DNA of 41,820 bases. Source: Chrysochromulina tobinii. Lineage: Eukaryota. Positions within the stretch are counted from its first letter, which is position 1; every line of letters starts with the position of its first letter. The DNA is taken from positions 1 to 41,820 of the forward strand of contig JWZX01003044.1 in the NCBI GenBank assembly GCA_001275005.1, given 5' to 3'. The notes under the pieces are model-generated. The model ran no database searches, was not told the origin of the DNA, and saw only the letters and a list, made by a program, of their open reading frames with translations. The translations under genes were made by a program, and so were the position numbers. Shown piece by piece: positions 29,450 through 40,785 of this stretch.

Positions 29450-29926
29450 GGGTGATTCCATGTAGGAAACCCCTTGGCCCAGGTGGGAAGGAACGAGGAC
29501 GTTCCACAGGACCGCGGGGCGTTAAGGGGCGGATTGCCAACTTGCATCATTGGCGTTGCCGGATCCATCCGCGGATGGCGCGCTTGAAATCACGCCGCGG
29601 TTCGGGGTTCGCCCTGCGTGGCGGCGTGGCCGTGCACAGCGCGGATCGTGTTACGACGCCGATAGTCGGCGCGTGGCGCATGCGCTTCCGCAGTCGCGGA
29701 CCGTCGGCGCGTTCCCACCTGCGTTCGGGCCCGTTGTTTCCGGCGTTCGCTGGGTTTGAATCGCGTGCGGTCGCGGATCGTCTGACTAATCTAAAATACG
29801 TAATAGCGCGGCTAGATTGCTAGATAAATACCTATGACGCCTAAACATACCCGATCTATTGGGCGGGGTCAGCCCACAGCAGTGGGGCCATTGCCTGTTG
29901 AATTGCCTGTACCCATTTCAGAAAGT

Positions 29927-31633
29927 TCAAGCGAGCAGCAGCGGCACGCCCGCATGCTTATCGCCTCGCCAGCCGCCATCGACCGTCGAGACGATCCGAC
30001 GTGGCCGAAGGGTTTGCACACAGTCGCGCAGCTCGTCAAAGGACGAGTGCTCCGAGTAGGCGACCTCGCAGATGGTGACGTCTTGGCTCAGCCGGACGGT
30101 GCGGCCCGCGGCGCCCGCGGAGGCGCCGCCGCGGCCGAAGCACCAGCCCGTCGGCCGGAAGGCGACGCAGCCTGTGAAGCGGCCGCCGCTCGCCCTGAGT
30201 AATGCCTTGAGTCGATCAGCCTTGAGGTGGCACATGGGCACAACTCTCCAGCGAGTCGAGGCGACATCGCTCGTGAGGACCGCCGCATACTCCGGCGCGA
30301 GCGCGCAGCACTCGAGCAGACGCTCCTTGGCACGTTCGACGCCGATGCGCACGCCGCACTGCTTGCCCACCTCGAGGAAGACACGCTCCTTGCCGATGGA
30401 GTAACTGCCAAAGAGAATCAGCGTGCGCGGCGCATCGAGCAGCAGCTTGCACCGGTCGACCACAGCTTGCACCACCGCCGCCTGCGTAGGGAACCTGTGC
30501 TTCGGGTCGCAGTAGGTCGTGTCCAGGTACAACATGTCGATCGGGCGGCGCAACGCACGCAGCGCTGGGTTGGCGAGCATGCTCGGAGTGTACCGAAAGT
30601 CACCAGTATGTAGCACGATACGCCCGCCGGACAGCTCGAAGAGAAGAAGCACCGCTCCCGGGCAATGGTTGGCGTCGATCGGCGTCACGCGCGCGCCGCA
30701 CACTTCAGACGGCACGTCCATTGGCAGCACGATCATCTGCGAGGGCGCCACCCCCAGCCGACGAACAACGAGGGCCGCGGTCACAGCTGAGGCGTAGATG
30801 GGCGCGCCCCACCGTTTGGTGATGCCCTTATAGTGATCGGCGTGGAAGTGGGTGAGGAAGTGCACGTCCGATGACTGCGCGCCCCACGCGAACCCGTCCA
30901 CAACGAAGGGCGTGCCCTCGATGCGCTTGAACGGAGGCACGATGCGGGCTCGGCCCCCGCCCCCGCCCCCGCCTTGCCAGCCAGCGCCACGCCCACGGCT
31001 CCCGCGGCCACGGCTACAGCCGGCCTCGGCACTGGCAGACGCCGCAACGGAGGCCTTGTTCGCGGAACCCGCAGCAGCCGCAGCCTGCATCAGGACCTGC
31101 AACGCGTCACGAGGAGGAGGTGGCGGTGGCGGAGGTGGAGGCTCGGTCCGACGGGCCCACATCGTGCGGGCGGACTGCATGAGCACTCGGAAACAGTCCT
31201 CATCAGAAGCAGCCACCATATGGCTCGCTGGGCCTGGAGTGGCAACTGCTCGTGATGGGAGCGTGTCTGCTTGCGTCTTTGGCACGACTGCGAGTGGCGT
31301 CTCTGGCATGACGGCGAGTGGGATGGGAGCGGCAACTAAGTGAGCCGGTGGGGCTGAAGCCGAGCTTAATCGCTTTCCGCAAACCATGATGTGCCTGATG
31401 CGGCACACCTTGGTGTCCAGGCCGCTGAGATCTTCAAGGCAATGGGTACACATGAATTTTATGCGGTGCGCGTGCTCACTTGTGTCGTGTCGTGGCTCTG
31501 ACGTGTTGAGCGCCAACAACTTTGCTCGTTTAGGCGCGGGGCACCCTTCAGGAGTGGCTTGATGCTTTCTCGAGGGGTTTATTTGCGTTTGCAGATCGTC
31601 AGCGTCAGCAGCATCAGTAAGCCAACCGAGCAT
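29927..31633 (-). CDS. SNM1: DNA cross-link repair beta-CASP nuclease SNM1/PSO2 (DCLRE1A-like) with an N-terminal UBZ-like zinc finger
   Basis: FVVDGF, HFLTHFHADHYKG, DANHCPGA, LHTGDFRY, LYLDTTY, GSYSIGKERV, FRPTGW and YSEHSSFDEL; zinc finger CTHC...RHIMVC. Confidence 0.93.
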   Translation of the reverse strand: MLGWLTDAADADDLQTQINPSRKHQATPEGCPAPKRAKLLALNTSEPRHDTSEHAHRIKFMCTHCLEDLSGLDTKVCRIRHIMVCGKRLSSASAPPAHLVAAPIPLAVMPETPLAVVPKTQADTLPSRAVATPGPASHMVAASDEDCFRVLMQSARTMWARRTEPPPPPPPPPPRDALQVLMQAAAAAGSANKASVAASASAEAGCSRGRGSRGRGAGWQGGGGGGGRARIVPPFKRIEGTPFVVDGFAWGAQSSDVHFLTHFHADHYKGITKRWGAPIYASAVTAALVVRRLGVAPSQMIVLPMDVPSEVCGARVTPIDANHCPGAVLLLFELSGGRIVLHTGDFRYTPSMLANPALRALRRPIDMLYLDTTYCDPKHRFPTQAAVVQAVVDRCKLLLDAPRTLILFGSYSIGKERVFLEVGKQCGVRIGVERAKERLLECCALAPEYAAVLTSDVASTRWRVVPMCHLKADRLKALLRASGGRFTGCVAFRPTGWCFGRGGASAGAAGRTVRLSQDVTICEVAYSEHSSFDELRDCVQTLRPRRIVSTVDGGWRGDKHAGVPLLLA

Positions 31634-32028
31634 GGCAAAGTTCAATTTCTCAGAGAAGGTGCTTTGAGTATGAAGGATAATCCATCGAGTGTGAAGCTTT
31701 AAGCGGCCCGGCCCGGCGGCTTATCGAGTATGGCTGTGATAATAGGGGGTCCAGGGGTCCCCGAGCTAATGGTAACCGCATCCATATGTACGCCGGTCCG
31801 GTGTCTTGGGTGTCGAATTATAATTTATAAACATTGGCTGTGAAGTGTCTTAAGTGTCGACAGTCGAAGTTGAGAGGAAACACACATTGCGCTCGAGCGG
31901 CGTGCAGGCGCAATTGCATCCCTCATCAAGGGACGCCACCCAGGCCGCCCCCCGCTCTGTGGGGAAACGTACTGTACCGGTAAAAAGACACCGGTGGGGC
32001 GGGAGTCGGCCAAAGGGCGACGGCCTAG

Positions 32029-35001
32029 GCGCTGCACGCGGTTCAGGGCGCAGTCGGCTGCCGTGTTTGCGTTCACAATCTGCGGTCACGCCCAGAACTT
32101 AATCGCTTGGCAGGCACAGTCACCTCAGTTGACGAGGCTAAAGGCCGCCTTGGTGTGCGTCTCGATGGCCAGGGCGCCCCCATCTCTGTGTCATGTCAGC
32201 ACCTCAAGAGAGAGGACAGCCCACCGTGGGACAAGTGCCGCCATGGTGGGCCACTGCCCGACCCTGCGATGATGCAAGAGTTCTTTGCACTGTTTACAGC
32301 TGCCAACCAACTCACGGCGCCCTGCCTGGAACACGTTCAACTTCTCGAGCCACATATACGGCGCTACTCTCCACCGCCCATCCTCTTCGCATCGACGGGC
32401 ATCGATGCGTACATCGAAATGGACTACTCAAACTGCCGGGGCTTTGCTGTGTGCGCGATCGTGCTCCAAGGCGTACGCGAAGAAGGCCACCGGCGCTTCT
32501 TTGCCAGCGTCGCCGCGCGATTGGGAGGCGGGGTGAGCTCTCCAGTATTGGCGACAGTAGAAGCTCAGCTGGCCAGGTGCAAAACAGCCACGGGCCTCCT
32601 CGAGGTGCTCGATTCATTTGCGAAGTGCCCCAAGGCAGTAGCAGGAGGCAGGGAATGGAGCTGCTTGCAGATCGCCGCGCACAGAGGTGTCGGGCTGAGT
32701 CAGAGCCACATCGACCCGGCACCCAGTCCCGTGGATGCCATCTATGATCGAGGTGCACATCCGCCGCCGCAGAGGACAGCTTGTTCGGCCGCGGCGCTCG
32801 CCGGAGAGAACCTCGCCCGTCTAGCGTTGCAATCTCTCGAATCTGGTCACTCGAGCAGTACGAGCACGCGCGAGAAGGCCCTGACCATCCGTGCTGCTGC
32901 CGGCGCATTGCTGGGGTTGCGTTCGGATGCGACGCACAGCGGAGAGAGGCGCGCTGAAGTGCGCGAGCTCATGCTCAGGTATTACGAGGCTGCAGAAGTG
33001 GCGGGCGGCTTCTTCATTGACGGCGGAGGCATGCCGCGGCTCGAGGCGTCGGTTACGCGATGCCTGACTGTGGGCGGCCGGCAGCTGCGCGCAGACACGC
33101 CGCTTGGTGACGAGGCGCTCCTCGCGTTTGAGATCATCAAAGAGGTGCAGAGCACGGCGGTCGCGTCTGCACTGCTGCGTGGGGGCATCGCCGCGCGCCT
33201 ATGCCACTTCATGTCCACCGAACACGATTTGGTGCTCGACCATAATGCCCTGAGCGCCTTGTGCAGTATTCTCGGGGCGGCGGAGACGACGGAGTTCGTC
33301 TCGGCACTTGGGCATGCGGCGTTGGCGCCCGTGGTGAGGCTCGCGGCCATTCTCATGCATGACTTGCTCACGGAGGACGTGCTCGACTTTAGCATGCTCG
33401 ACGTGTTGCTCCGGGTTGCGACCCTCATTGCCGGAGGCTCCGCCGAGCTTGCGCACTTGGTCGCCTCTACGAGCGTGCGTGGCATTCCATACTGCATCCC
33501 CACCTCGCTCCTTCTCATCCTCGTCCAGCACGCGCATGAGCAGCGGGCAGGCCGCACCGACGGCCCAAAGGCGGGAGCTTGCTTGAATGGGCTGGCCCAT
33601 CTCCCACCGATCTCGATGGCCCTGACCGGGCTGTACACCATCTCCCTCCACTTTGACCTTCGTGTGGTCGCGCTGTCGAACAGTGGTTCGTTTGTGGACG
33701 CTCTGGGCGAGTACGCGAGCTTTCTGCATGGGTTCGTGCATCACCAAGCAGTCGATCCGATCGCGCAGGAGTGCCTCGCGCGGCTTCGTCAATTCACGGC
33801 TTCGAGCGCCCCCCCTATGAATCCGTGTCCACTGCCGGTGGAGACGGAGGTGGAGCAGACGCGCCGGCTGAGGCAGTACGCTCGATCGCTGCACGAGGTG
33901 CGTGGGCGTGTGCGCGAGCAGCGACATGAGCAGCGCACGCGCGGTGTTGGCCCCGCCGTCGAGCGCGCGGACGACGCTCGTCAGCGCGGTAACCGTCTCA
34001 TTGAATCGAGCCGTTGGCACGAGGCGGCGGATGCGTACAGCGAGGCGGTGGCGGCACTCACAGGTCTGTTCGAAGGTCTGGAAATGGATGCCCACGCGGC
34101 GTGGTCGCTCGTGCTTGCGCTCTCGAACCGCGCCGAGGCGTTTCTTAAAATGGGGCGGCACGAAGCGGTCTTAGACGACTGCACGAACGCTTGGGTGCTA
34201 CTGGAGCGGCACGAAGGAGGCTTCGATGCAGCGAAGGCCGAGGCGATCGGCGTGAAGCTCGCACGGCGCGAGGCCGCAGCGGAGGCACAGCAGCGTGGTG
34301 CAGCACGTGCAGATGCGGCTCGACAGGCGGCGGCCGAACGCGGCCAGGCACGCACCGAGAGACGGCGCCGAGCTCGAGAGGCCCGAGTGCTGCGGCGGGC
34401 GCTCGAGACGGCGCCGATCTCGAGAGGTTCGAGCGCTGCGGCGGGCGCGCGGGACGGCGCCGAGGCAGAATCAGCGAGTGCGGAGGCTACTTCAGAGGCA
34501 CGCGCGGTTGGTGTGGGGACAACGTCAGAGGTGGAGGGGGCAGCAGACGAGCCCTACACGGTGTTGAGGGCCCTGCAGGCTGCTAAGACATCGTCGGAAC
34601 TGCGCACGGCACTCATTGCAGCCATGACGGCCGAGCGCGAGGCGCCCCTCGCCTCCGAGGCGTCCGAGATCGCCGAAGCCCTGCCGCGCGCCCGCCAACG
34701 GCTCAAGGAGCTCAAGCTTAAGGAGGATGCGGAGGCCAAGGCTGCTGCTGCTGAGGCTGCAGTGGTGGCGGCAGCTCCGGCGATGTCCGTGGCGGAACTT
34801 TCGGAGCCTGAATGCCGCATCTGCCTCGAGGGACGCGACGAAGGGGCTCTCGAGGACGTCTGCGGCCATGGGCACCTGTTGCACTTGGGCTGTGCTGCGG
34901 TGTGGCGAGAGAGGTGTCTCAAGCAGCAGCGAGAAGCGATGGAGCGTGGAGTCGCCGATCATCTGGGCCCGCACTGCCCAACATGTAGGCGAAGCATCTG
35001 A
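32029..35001 (+). CDS. Large protein with an SH3-like N-terminal module, a helical region, TPR repeats and a C-terminal RING finger; 5' end unresolved
   Basis: Open frame from 32029. VGCRVCVHNLRSRPELNRLAGTVTSVDEAKGRLGVRLD; TPR (RQRGNRLIESSRWHEAADAYSEA, ALSNRAEAFLKMGRHEAVLDDC); RING CRIC...CGHGHLLHLGC...W...CPTCR. Confidence 0.75.
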   Translation, partial: ALHAVQGAVGCRVCVHNLRSRPELNRLAGTVTSVDEAKGRLGVRLDGQGAPISVSCQHLKREDSPPWDKCRHGGPLPDPAMMQEFFALFTAANQLTAPCLEHVQLLEPHIRRYSPPPILFASTGIDAYIEMDYSNCRGFAVCAIVLQGVREEGHRRFFASVAARLGGGVSSPVLATVEAQLARCKTATGLLEVLDSFAKCPKAVAGGREWSCLQIAAHRGVGLSQSHIDPAPSPVDAIYDRGAHPPPQRTACSAAALAGENLARLALQSLESGHSSSTSTREKALTIRAAAGALLGLRSDATHSGERRAEVRELMLRYYEAAEVAGGFFIDGGGMPRLEASVTRCLTVGGRQLRADTPLGDEALLAFEIIKEVQSTAVASALLRGGIAARLCHFMSTEHDLVLDHNALSALCSILGAAETTEFVSALGHAALAPVVRLAAILMHDLLTEDVLDFSMLDVLLRVATLIAGGSAELAHLVASTSVRGIPYCIPTSLLLILVQHAHEQRAGRTDGPKAGACLNGLAHLPPISMALTGLYTISLHFDLRVVALSNSGSFVDALGEYASFLHGFVHHQAVDPIAQECLARLRQFTASSAPPMNPCPLPVETEVEQTRRLRQYARSLHEVRGRVREQRHEQRTRGVGPAVERADDARQRGNRLIESSRWHEAADAYSEAVAALTGLFEGLEMDAHAAWSLVLALSNRAEAFLKMGRHEAVLDDCTNAWVLLERHEGGFDAAKAEAIGVKLARREAAAEAQQRGAARADAARQAAAERGQARTERRRRAREARVLRRALETAPISRGSSAAAGARDGAEAESASAEATSEARAVGVGTTSEVEGAADEPYTVLRALQAAKTSSELRTALIAAMTAEREAPLASEASEIAEALPRARQRLKELKLKEDAEAKAAAAEAAVVAAAPAMSVAELSEPECRICLEGRDEGALEDVCGHGHLLHLGCAAVWRERCLKQQREAMERGVADHLGPHCPTCRRSI

Positions 35002-35257
35002 AGTTCGATAGACTGAGTGGAACGGCCCTAGACCCCTAACGGGCTAGATTCTAGAAGGAAAAGGCCCGCCTTCCCGGCCTCGAGTTTCGTCCTGCGGAAT
35101 TGCGGAAGAATTTTCCTGGAAGCGGCTAGGAAATCGAGCGCACTTGCGTTCGCGGTCGCAGTCGCTGCCGTCGCTGCGCCGTCGTTGCCGGACGTTTCGA
35201 TTTACGACGAATTTTCTCAGCGCGACCTGTCGCGCGCACCTGATCATCGGAGCAGCC

Positions 35258-37707
35258 ATGGTGTTCACACTCCTTGTCGCCAGTCTCTTCTCAACCATCA
35301 CTGTCGACGATCTTCATTCTCATTATGCTGACATCTTCCGAACGGGTAATCGCAACGCCGCATCACATCTGTGGGCAAGTTGGATTCTGGCGCAAGCGCA
35401 TCAGCTTAGCAGCGCAGACCTGGAGAGGCTTTTTTCCGGATTCTGCCCTGTGAGCGGTTCACCCGTCAACCCATCCGAATACAATTCGTTCCACTACAAG
35501 CTCCGCAGCCTCGTTCCGGGCGCGGAGCATGCCTCTGGGATCATGCACCACTGCTGCGCCCCATGCGTCTGCGACACACACGATATGATCTGGGCTGATA
35601 CAAAAACGGTGTCTCTCGCGAGCGGGTCAGCCGCACTCACGTTCGCGGTAATCGGCGATCCATGCAAACACGCCTCCGCCCTCGAGCGCACCTTTACGGA
35701 CCCTTTCTCCGGCTCTGAGACGACTCTCGGCGCGACGGCGCCAGAGGTGCAATGCAACGCCAACGGCAAGCTCAAGGGCGCAACATACAGTGATCACTCG
35801 GCCGTCATAATTGGCCTCCTCGGCGCGGCACCGGCGCTGAACACGCCACGACCCTCCGAGCCCACACCCGGCCGTGTCACCACTGTGGGGAGTCAGAGCT
35901 TTCAGGACTCACGCGAGTATGCAGGCTTCTGCGCGTCGCGCGCCTCGCAAGGTTACAACTCAGGCATGGGCATGATCTTCCGGCAGGTTGCGCAAATTTC
36001 ACCGCTCGAGGCGCCGGGCATCGCCAGCACCATCGGCGGGAGCGCCACGAGCACGAAGATCAGCGAGAGCTCAAGGTACGGATCGCCGAAGAGAGATAGG
36101 AAGGGGACCGTTGGGGAGGAGGGGCTCTAATGGGGCGGCTGGCGGCCTGAAAGTGCACACGCGCGCGCAGGACGGAGCACGCAGCCTGCCGACGCCCGAC
36201 CCCCCTCTCGCACTGGTGTGGCAGGTGTCGCACATTGCTGCCTGGCGCGCGGATCGCAAAGATCGACGATCTCGTCAAGTCGGAGCCTGTGATGATCTTC
36301 GGCATGCGGCACTCGCGCTGCCTCGCGGCCGCGTCGGAGCGGCTCGAGGGCGCGGGCGCTTGCTTTCAGCTCGAGGGCTGGGACCGGCACGACGATCCCC
36401 TTTGGCTCTACATGCAATGTCTGCACCCGAACGAATTCGTCAATGGGATGATGATGCACTCGTATGTGTACATCGGCGGCCAGTACGTGGGTAACGGCTT
36501 CGCGCTCCTGGAGTCGGCAATGAGCTCAGCCGAGCTCACGACTAAGCTGACGGCCGCCTCAGTACGCCTCACCTGCGGGCGCGACTGCGACGCACTCGCG
36601 ACTCCGCAAGACCTCACGCAGCTCGCCGCCATGAAGCGTGAGCCACTCGCGCTGCTCGGATGGTCGGGCTGTCCGTGCACCAACATCGTGCGCTCGCGCT
36701 TTGAGTCCGTCGGCGCCTGCTATGTGCAGAAGGTGTGGGCGGACGACACCGCGCCGCTGTACAAGTACCTCCAGTGCGTGCATGGGCAGCACCATCACTC
36801 CTTCGTCTTCGTGGGCGGCAACTTCGTCGGTGACGGATTCGAATTCGAGGAGGGGCGGCTGCCCGAGCGTCCGTTTGGCCAGATGCTCGATCGTGCTGGT
36901 GCGCAGCGCATGTGCCAGCGCCGCGGCGACGAGAACCTGTTTCGGCAGCCCCTAAAGTCCTGCACGCAGTCCAACGACGGCTCGACCACCGGCTGGACAC
37001 GTACTGGCTCGTGCAATTGGGATCCGAGTGACTCGGGCTATCACGAGGTGTGTGTCGCGATGAGCGACGAGTTCCTCAAGCAGTCAGCGCGGCACGATGC
37101 GAACGACCTGTCGAGTGTAGTGCAAAGCGGTGGCCACTGGTGCATCTGCGCATGGGCATGGGCATCTGCTGTTCAGCGCGATCCCCAGGCCTACGAGGGC
37201 ATCACGCTTGAGTGTGAACGCACCAACCACAAGCTTCGCGACGTGTATGAGGAGCACATCTCGACAGGTGCCGACCTTCGATCGCCTTCGGGGGCATCGT
37301 ATAAGGCCAAGGCGGCCCTCGATGCAGTCGACCGCCTATGCCCACCACGGAACGCGAGCACTTCCGCTGCTGCCGTAGGTGACGGAAAACTAGGCGAGGG
37401 GACAGCCGCGCCCGTGGTGACACCCACGCGGCAGCACATGCCGGCCCTCATTTTCTTGGCGATGCTCGTAGTGGCCGTATGGATGGGCTTGGGGTCGGGG
37501 CGCGCCCACTGCTTTGTGGTTGAGCAAACCAATTCTCACGAGCGGCTCGCGAGCGAGCGAGGCGTCGAGGAAGACAAGCTCGGGTACTACGATTCGGGCG
37601 GCGAGAGTGGTGCCGAGTGCACACATGACTCGCGTGCCAAAGCCAAGTGCCGCGCGCAGATTCGTGCTGTGCCTGCGACCCCCGAGACCAAGGCGGTGGC
37701 GTTTTGA
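35258..37707 (+). CDS. Secreted/membrane-anchored multidomain protein: Cys-rich domain + two glutaredoxin-like folds + DUF2237-like domain + TM; exons 35258-36075 and 36225-37707
   Basis: Intron GTACGG...TGGCAG (36076-36224) joins the ORFs in frame. Hydrophobic N-terminus; FCPVSGSP and HHCCAPCVCD; two Grx-like units (GCPCT...SFVFVGGNFVGDG); NLFRQPLKSC...TGWTRTGSC...HEVC...NDLS...WCICAWAW (DUF2237 pattern); TM MPALIFLAMLVVAVWMGLG. Confidence 0.8.
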
Positions 37708-38453
37708 GAGGGCGGACCCGTCATGCGGGTTTTCCGGGAAGGGAGAGGGCGCACAGCGCAGCGCGAGCCCCGCCGCGTGGCTGGCTTGCTGGCGTGCGCG
37801 TGCGTAGCGCGTGCGGACGAGCGCGAAGGGCCCCTAAGACCATCACGTGACGACGTATGACTCTGAGTGAGCAGTGCGAGTATGATGCCTCTGGTGCGCT
37901 CCGCGTCGCCTCTGCTGCGCTCCGCGTCGATCGCGCCTCGCGCGCGGTCCGGTCCCGCGATCGTCGGTGTGATCCCCGCGCCGCGGCCCGCCGCGTGTGG
38001 ACCGTTAAAATCAACGATGCGTCGTCGCGGCGCGGGGGTCGCCCGACCATTGAACACGGGCGTGCCGACTCTCTCTCGTCTCGACCCTCGTCCGTGCGCG
38101 GGCCCCTCGGCCACGCCACGCCGGCGTGGCACGCTTCCACCGTCCGCCCGCACTTGAACGTCTCGGCTCCGTATCGTATTGGCGTTTGAGCTGCAAAAAC
38201 GAATAACCTCTTATTAGACTGCGCCGCATCCCCTTTGCATACCCGCAATTTATCGATATGTTATCCACCGCACAGTGCCATATGCACTGCAGTGAGCCGC
38301 AACGTCCGACATGCCGCGTCTCGCCGCACGACGATGCCACGATCAACATGAATGTATCTCGAGGCCGGCGCGCGGGCTTGGAAATTGGTTGTGTGAAAGT
38401 GCATTCGCTCGATGCACCGCACCTCATCACGTCCGCGCCCTGCACACGATACG

Positions 38454-39629
38454 TCAAATCTTCTTCTTCAACTTGCCTTTCGCGTTCTCGGCGTCCGAGG
38501 GCATCACCAGATTCCACGCGTACCAGTGATAAATGATGGCCTCGTACACTGCCGGCGGAAGGTGACGCAACGCGTTCAGCCCGAAGAGCGCGTCGCCTCC
38601 GATCGTAAGCTCAGCCGGCGGGGCGCGCACTTGCGTGACCGCACGGGCGAGAGCCTCGCTGACACGTTCAGGGTCCCACGCCCAGTCGTCCATCATGCCC
38701 CTGGCGATCTCGAAACAGCTCTGCGCACACGCATCGCCATACATCGCCTTGACAGCCGGTGCGAGCCCACCCCACTTGCGGCTCACGGTCGAGACGCCGC
38801 CCTGTGTAAGGGGGGTGCGATGGAAGCTCGGGAGTACGGTGCACACGTGCACATTCCATAGGTTCTCCACCTCCATCCGCAGGCAGGCAGCGAAGGCAGC
38901 GGCCGCGTGCTTAGATGCCGAGTACGACGACAGGAGCGGCACGGGGAGCTTGCCCGACATGGACGAGACGATGAGGATGCGAGGGCGTGCAACGGCCGGG
39001 CCCAAGGCGGTTGCAGCATCCGCACTCTGACGGAGGAGCGGCAGGAATGCCTTGCACACGCGCACCACGCCCATGAAATTGACCGCCAGATCGCGTTCAT
39101 AGTCCTGGAGTGAGAGCCAATCAACGAAGCCGCCCGTGCCCACACCGGCGTTATTCACGACCGCGAGCACGCGGCGCGGGTCCGAGGCGTGTGCCTCTGC
39201 GATCCACGCACGCACGTCTGCGGCCACGGTCTCAACATCCGCATCTGACGTCACGTCCATCTTACAAGAGCGTGCCTTGCCCATGTTTCCCGCGGCTCCG
39301 TGATTGAGGCAACATGCAAACACAGTTAGGCCGCGCTCGGCGAGATCGATGGCGAGCGCACGTCCAAACCCTGTGTCGCACCCGGTGACGATGACTGCCA
39401 TGGCTGACCGATCTTCAACCGCAAGCTCCGTCGCAATTGCATCCGACCAAGCCTTGAGAAGGCCGTCAAGGAACACGAGTGGTGTAAGCGCTACAGCAAG
39501 CAAGCAAGTCAAGCACCAGTAAATCGCGAGCAGCAAGGGCGCCACAATTGGTTTGTGCAAAACGGCGTTGATGGTGTTGAGCACGTAGCCCGGAGGCGAG
39601 ACGCAGCGATAGGCGAAACGGAGCAGCAT
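38454..39629 (-). CDS. Membrane-anchored short-chain dehydrogenase/reductase (RDH/17-beta-HSD/BDH1-like)
   Basis: VIVTGCDTGFG, VVNNAGV, catalytic S...YSASK and an N-terminal TM segment. ATG at 39629, or 39674. Confidence 0.9.
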   Translation of the reverse strand: MLLRFAYRCVSPPGYVLNTINAVLHKPIVAPLLLAIYWCLTCLLAVALTPLVFLDGLLKAWSDAIATELAVEDRSAMAVIVTGCDTGFGRALAIDLAERGLTVFACCLNHGAAGNMGKARSCKMDVTSDADVETVAADVRAWIAEAHASDPRRVLAVVNNAGVGTGGFVDWLSLQDYERDLAVNFMGVVRVCKAFLPLLRQSADAATALGPAVARPRILIVSSMSGKLPVPLLSSYSASKHAAAAFAACLRMEVENLWNVHVCTVLPSFHRTPLTQGGVSTVSRKWGGLAPAVKAMYGDACAQSCFEIARGMMDDWAWDPERVSEALARAVTQVRAPPAELTIGGDALFGLNALRHLPPAVYEAIIYHWYAWNLVMPSDAENAKGKLKKKI

Positions 39630-40416
39630 CACACACACCACGTTTTCATTCACAACACACCTGCCAGTAGTCATGTAAGCGCGCCCCCCCCGGGACGCGC
39701 CTGCATGAGCGCCGCTGTACTGTGTGGTCCTGTTTCTAATTCACACCTACACGCACAAACCAAATTCAAAAGCGTGAAGGGCAACACCTCGCACACGTCA
39801 CAGCCGCTTCATTCTCATGCTCGCGACATGCAATGCGTGCCGCGCTCACAGACACGGTTTCATGAATACACGCAACCATAAACGGTGCGGCCGTGAACAG
39901 CAATACAGGACTCACAAAATGAGTCACATGCAGACGGAGAGCTGAGAAACAGCCACGTTTCACAGGGGACCAGGACAAGGACCAGGAGGAAATAACCACA
40001 CCACTGGCTCTACTATTCGCTGCCCGTCTCTACGCACGCCTGCAGCATCTCCCAGACGCGCCCATGACGATTGGGGTTGCGAAAAGGTCAGCTCTGAGAA
40101 CGACGATACTTGTACATGATGTAGATTGCCTCACCCCGAGACGAAAGGTAACGCGAACGCGCGAGCCACGCACCGCTGTGGTCACCGTTGCCCAGTATGA
40201 CCACAAGATGTGAGGTGATCTCACGCCGTAGCTCGCTGTTTTTCCATCAGTTTCTTTTTGTGGACTTTTCCAAATTTGGGAAGGCGCCGCTCCTTCCGAC
40301 GGAGGCGCCGTCCCAGAAAAGTTCCGTAAAAGTGCCGGCAACTCTGAGGCGCGACCTGGACCGACCTCCACCTCCAGCACCTCAGGTCACCGCCAACCAG
40401 CGGAGCAAGGGCGGTA

Positions 40417-40785
40417 ATGCCGGCGGTTCAACAGGTGGCTGCGATGCAGAGTCGCGAGCCGCGGGGGCATTTCACGCTCGAGCCGATTGCGAAAGCGCGA
40501 AGGTCGCTGAGGAAAGCTGCGCCGAAGCAGCGCAGTCCACTTGTAATTAACTCATTCCCACCCTCGCATCTGAGCTCAATGGAGCAGAAAGGAGTGCCGT
40601 CGAACCGAGGAGCTTGCGAGACGTGCGGCGCGGAGCTCCCGTCCTCGATGAGCCAGTGCCCGCGCTGCTGGTTCGAGAAGTGGGAGGCGACAGTCCAGCT
40701 ATCGCGGTTCTGCAGAAAACAGCGGAAGGATAGCGAGGAGGGTAGCGAGGAGCTTGTCGACGTCTTCCCGTCGTCGAAAGAGTGA
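40417..40785 (+). CDS. Possible small zinc-ribbon protein
   Basis: 122-codon ORF with CETC-x10-CPRC; no other support. Confidence 0.3.
   Translation: MPAVQQVAAMQSREPRGHFTLEPIAKARRSLRKAAPKQRSPLVINSFPPSHLSSMEQKGVPSNRGACETCGAELPSSMSQCPRCWFEKWEATVQLSRFCRKQRKDSEEGSEELVDVFPSSKE

Noticed and set aside
37710..38450. ORFs or RNA genes in GC-rich intergenic DNA (also 5810-6250, 14100-14580, 40800-41820)
   Set aside because: Low-complexity Arg/Ala/Pro translations, and no tRNA, rRNA or snRNA signatures that I could identify.
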